A stretch of 64,000 bases of DNA from an uncultured bacterium (GTDB lineage: Bacteria; Auribacterota; Erginobacteria; Erginobacterales; Erginobacteraceae): assembly GCA_963822585.1 (NCBI GenBank), contig CAWGIE010000011.1, positions 96,001 to 160,000 on the forward strand, read 5' to 3'. The position numbers and the translations under genes are program-made. Shown here piece after piece: positions 60,651 through 64,000 of the stretch; position 1 is the stretch's first letter, and every line of letters starts with the position of its first letter. The notes below the pieces were generated by a model. The model saw nothing but the letters and a program-made list of their open reading frames with translations, did no database searches and was not told the DNA's origin.

Positions 60651-62105
60651 ATGAAAAAAGAGAATACCGTAGCCAGTATACTTCCTTTATTGTTACTTTT
60701 CATTCTTTTGGCAGCAATGTTTATCAATTTCTCCCATTACGCGATATCGATGCTCCTTTATCCATTCGAATGGGATTCTTTTGAGGGATATCATGTTTAT
60801 CAATCCTGGCGAGTGGCCTTGGGAGAACCGTTATATAAAAACATTAATACTTATCCACTTCTTGTTTCTAATTACCCTCCAGTTTATTTTATTCTTGGAG
60901 GGGGACTTCTCAAAGTTTTCGGTTTGGCATTCTGGCCGTTGAGGCTGCTTTCATTGCTTGCAGCCTTAACTATAGGCTTGATGATATTCCTTATCATCAA
61001 GACTGAAAATAGTTCGACTTATTGGGCTCTTATTGGGGCTTTACTTTTTTTCGCCAGCCCTCTTTATGTCTCTTACTATCTTCTCATGGTTCGTATAGAT
61101 GGGCTTGCTCTTGCATTTTCTTTAATCGGACTTTTTTTCATCCGCCGGGGTCTTGAATCAAATAAAGCACTGGCCATAGCGGGATTCTGCTTTTTACTCG
61201 CTGTTTACACTAAACAAACAGCCGTCCTGGCCGCAATCGCGGGATGGTTGTGGCTCTTAGTCAACAATTCGAAACGAGCTCTGATATTGGCACTCGGCAT
61301 GGTGTGTGGCGGAGCAATAGTATTTGTCCTAATTGATAGCAACAGTGGCGGTGAGTTTTCCCGGCAATTATTTTTCCTAAATGTGGGATGGGCAACATTA
61401 GATCAAGGGGGAAGACTATTCATTGGTTTTCTCAATAACTGGGGAGTTTTCTTTTCTGTCGCAATAGCAGCCATTTTTTCCGCTAGACATAAGCAATGCA
61501 TCTGGAATTACTTTTTTATCTTGAGCCTTTTCAACGGTATATTTGCAATTAGGCACGGGGCAGTGTCCGCTTATTACTTGCCTATCATTGCGGCGATAGC
61601 GATTATCTGCGGCATCTATGCTCCTCGCCTTGATCGATTACTCACCATTGCTACCGGCGAAGATTCTCGTCGAGGGCGTTGGGGATTGTGCCTCGCAGCA
61701 ATCATTGGACTTACCGCTGCCAATTCCTGGCAATATATACGACCCACTAGAGATGATGCCGATATAGTTAAAGATTACTGGTCAAGAATCTCGTGTCATT
61801 ATGGGGATATCTTAACCTTCCAGATGTATAGTCTGGCTTTTCTCAATGGTCGAGAGGTTTTTATGTTCCCAACATCTCTGGAAAGTACTACCGATTTTAA
61901 GGGATTAGCACTATCCCCATTTTTTAGTGACCTCGAACAAGGGAAATTCAAGATCATTCTCGATTCTCAACAGCATAGTGCTTTTGGTCCTGGAATAAAG
62001 AAATTTTTAAACCGCTATTACGAACCAGGGCCGGTATTTAACTTACCTATGCATCGGCCAGGGGGAACAGACGAATTTATTATTTGGAGTCTTCGAAACA
62101 AATAA
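60651..62105 (+). CDS. ArnT/GT39-like polytopic membrane protein (AT-rich)
   Basis: EWDSFEG, NYPPVY, RIDGL, YTKQT; many TM segments. Confidence 0.75.
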   Translation: MKKENTVASILPLLLLFILLAAMFINFSHYAISMLLYPFEWDSFEGYHVYQSWRVALGEPLYKNINTYPLLVSNYPPVYFILGGGLLKVFGLAFWPLRLLSLLAALTIGLMIFLIIKTENSSTYWALIGALLFFASPLYVSYYLLMVRIDGLALAFSLIGLFFIRRGLESNKALAIAGFCFLLAVYTKQTAVLAAIAGWLWLLVNNSKRALILALGMVCGGAIVFVLIDSNSGGEFSRQLFFLNVGWATLDQGGRLFIGFLNNWGVFFSVAIAAIFSARHKQCIWNYFFILSLFNGIFAIRHGAVSAYYLPIIAAIAIICGIYAPRLDRLLTIATGEDSRRGRWGLCLAAIIGLTAANSWQYIRPTRDDADIVKDYWSRISCHYGDILTFQMYSLAFLNGREVFMFPTSLESTTDFKGLALSPFFSDLEQGKFKIILDSQQHSAFGPGIKKFLNRYYEPGPVFNLPMHRPGGTDEFIIWSLRNK

Positions 62106-62122
62106 GACTTTGACTATTACTC

Positions 62123-62323
62123 TTAAGGAGTTGGTCCTGGGGTGGGTGTTGGACTAACTAATTGTATATTCAAGTGAGCAACACCGGCGGAAAATTCTGC
62201 CCATGTGTAATTAGTATAACTTGTTCTTATAAGCAAGCCTAAAGCCCAACCGCTAGTCCAATTAGTAGAAAGTACTTCTTGAACCGGGGCAGTCACATCT
62301 AATGGCATCCAGCCAAGTTCACA
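62123..62323 (-). pseudogene. In-frame continuation of the surface protein beyond a TAA stop
   Basis: ...YSGR*CELGWMPLDVTAPVQEVLSTNWTSGWAL...PTPTPGPTP* in the same frame. Confidence 0.6.
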
Positions 62324-64000
62324 TTATCTCCCTGAATAATTTACTGTTCGATAATTATGCCATCTATACCATATATCACACTCAGAAGCATAATTAGGTG
62401 CATCTCTCTCTTCTCCATAAACACTTATTATAGGGGGGCCACCATCTTGAAGATCACTACAATATAAATATAATATTGCTGATTTAACTGCAGTTGGGGA
62501 TCCTATATCTACATTTTGAAACCGTAAGCCAGCAGCCGTTTGTCGACTCCATTGTACATTATGTTGTACGTAATAATAATCTATGCTATTACAGTCTAAA
62601 CACCATCCCCCAGATGTAAATTGGGCAAAACCTTCATCTTCAGGATCGATTATAGTATATATCCTATTCCCTATCGAAGTGGGGGAAGGAGTTGGAGGCG
62701 GGGTAGTGGTAGGAGTCAACGCCATTTGTGGAGAAGTACAACTAAAGAAACTGGCCGGATCTTCCTGAGTGCGATAACTGGTAAGGATCCAGTCATTGCT
62801 CCGGGCTATGCTGGAGAACCTCATCTCATCCAGGTTTCCTTTCCATTTGGTCACTCCGCCCCGGCCATTCCCCAGAAGGAGATCGAAGTTTCCGCCCGTA
62901 TCCAGACTCCCGGAGACTGACTGAGAAGCTTCCTCTACCCCATCTACCAGGATCTTAATGTTGCTCCCATCGTACTTAGCCACTACATAGTACCAAGTAT
63001 CCGCACCCAGATTCAGGCCGGAAGTAGTCAGAACCCGAAGGTTTCCGCTAATATGAAAATATGCCGATAGTTCGTCGTTGTCCTTCCCCAAAAAGCTATA
63101 GGCATAACTATAGTGGGTATCAAACAGACCCGGGAATGATGCTGCGTAGGGAATATCTTCCGGATTGATCCAGGTCTCCATCGTAATGTTAGTCGGCTTC
63201 AAGCTGCTATCATCGGTCACGGTGAAGAAGTCAGAAGAACCGTCCAAATCGTACGCTCCGTCTATCTCCCCTCCCGTGCTCGATGTCCACCCCGTATCTT
63301 GTTGCGAACGGCCGTTATTTCCTTCAACGGTTGAGTCGCCCACGGCAATGCCCATCCCCTCTCCCAGATGCCATACTCCATTAAAGTTCGAATCCCAGGT
63401 GTTGGTGATGTCCTGCTGATCGGAGGCACTGCTGTTCCCGTAATACATATAGAAGACCGTATCCGTCTGGGAAGAAAGCTGCGGCACGCTCACCCACGCT
63501 ATCAATTGGCCGGTCTGGGTATGGGAGTTATAATCCTCGATTTCATGGGACCATTTATCCTCCTTGTCTCCCGGCGCAAATAGGATGTCGTTGCCGCTGG
63601 TCTGTGCATACCAGAAGACCTGGCTCTGTGTCGGATTAAGCAATATTAGAACCGGGAAGAAACTCTGATCGGAAGGAACCCGGTCCGCATCTATAGTGAT
63701 CTTCTCCCGGTAGCCCCAATCGGTGAACCAGCCCGGAGTGGGAGTAGGCGTCGGTGTTACAGAAGGTATCGGCGACGGGGAGCCAGTGCCTCGTTTACTA
63801 CTTGTTTTGAGCATAAACACATTGGTCGTTAACTCTGATCCGCCTTCCTCTGCCTTCGCAATCTCTTCCGTATTCCCAAGCTTCGGCTCTGGTCCCCAGT
63901 AATATCCCGGCAGGGGAATGTCCACATCCCCTCCATAATAGAATTGGGTTATACCCCTGATAGCCCAAACTCCTCCGATGGGATTAAAAATCGTGAGATC
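62324..64000 (-). CDS. Large surface protein, partial: FG-GAP-like repeat, Pro/Thr linkers, DUF2341-like and LamG-like domains
   Basis: Frame is open to the window end (DLTIFNPIGGVWAIRGITQFYYGGDVDIPLPG); WGYREKITID, FYMYYGN, GVWHL, LDEMRFSSIARS. Confidence 0.8.
   Translation of the reverse strand, partial: DLTIFNPIGGVWAIRGITQFYYGGDVDIPLPGYYWGPEPKLGNTEEIAKAEEGGSELTTNVFMLKTSSKRGTGSPSPIPSVTPTPTPTPGWFTDWGYREKITIDADRVPSDQSFFPVLILLNPTQSQVFWYAQTSGNDILFAPGDKEDKWSHEIEDYNSHTQTGQLIAWVSVPQLSSQTDTVFYMYYGNSSASDQQDITNTWDSNFNGVWHLGEGMGIAVGDSTVEGNNGRSQQDTGWTSSTGGEIDGAYDLDGSSDFFTVTDDSSLKPTNITMETWINPEDIPYAASFPGLFDTHYSYAYSFLGKDNDELSAYFHISGNLRVLTTSGLNLGADTWYYVVAKYDGSNIKILVDGVEEASQSVSGSLDTGGNFDLLLGNGRGGVTKWKGNLDEMRFSSIARSNDWILTSYRTQEDPASFFSCTSPQMALTPTTTPPPTPSPTSIGNRIYTIIDPEDEGFAQFTSGGWCLDCNSIDYYYVQHNVQWSRQTAAGLRFQNVDIGSPTAVKSAILYLYCSDLQDGGPPIISVYGEERDAPNYASECDIWYRWHNYRTVNYSGR

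Overview
Bacterial chromosomal window, mostly GC-rich by eye, with several AT-rich patches. It holds housekeeping blocks on the minus strand: ppdK/glySQ/recO/dgkA/ybeY/HD/phoH, then pfkB/thiC/rfaE2/gmhA/pfk/M24/aroQ, rmlDBA, and ispG/rseP/dxr/cdsA/uppS/clpXP/tig. There are three intact tRNAs and a large exosortase/EpsI-associated surface-glycan locus (about 18.4-49 kb). The partial gene of a DUF2341/LamG-like surface protein ends the window. Four observations stand out. (1) Inside the glycan locus sits a compact plus-strand operon: LysM protein, a FliF-like/FliG fusion, FlbD, MotA and two MotB. No rod, hook, filament, export or switch genes are present in the window, so it is a candidate stand-alone rotary motor. 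(2) GlyRS beta has an AT-rich 3' third and a C-terminal domain clearly homologous to a domain of exported proteins encoded 29 kb away. (3) The tRNA-Leu(TAG) locus is nested: an intact tRNA flanked by inverted repeats lies inside a second tRNA copy broken by hairpin insertions. (4) Intergenic spaces carry many short palindromes and inverted 7/8/9-mer tandem arrays. All calls come from motif recognition by eye; no searches were run.
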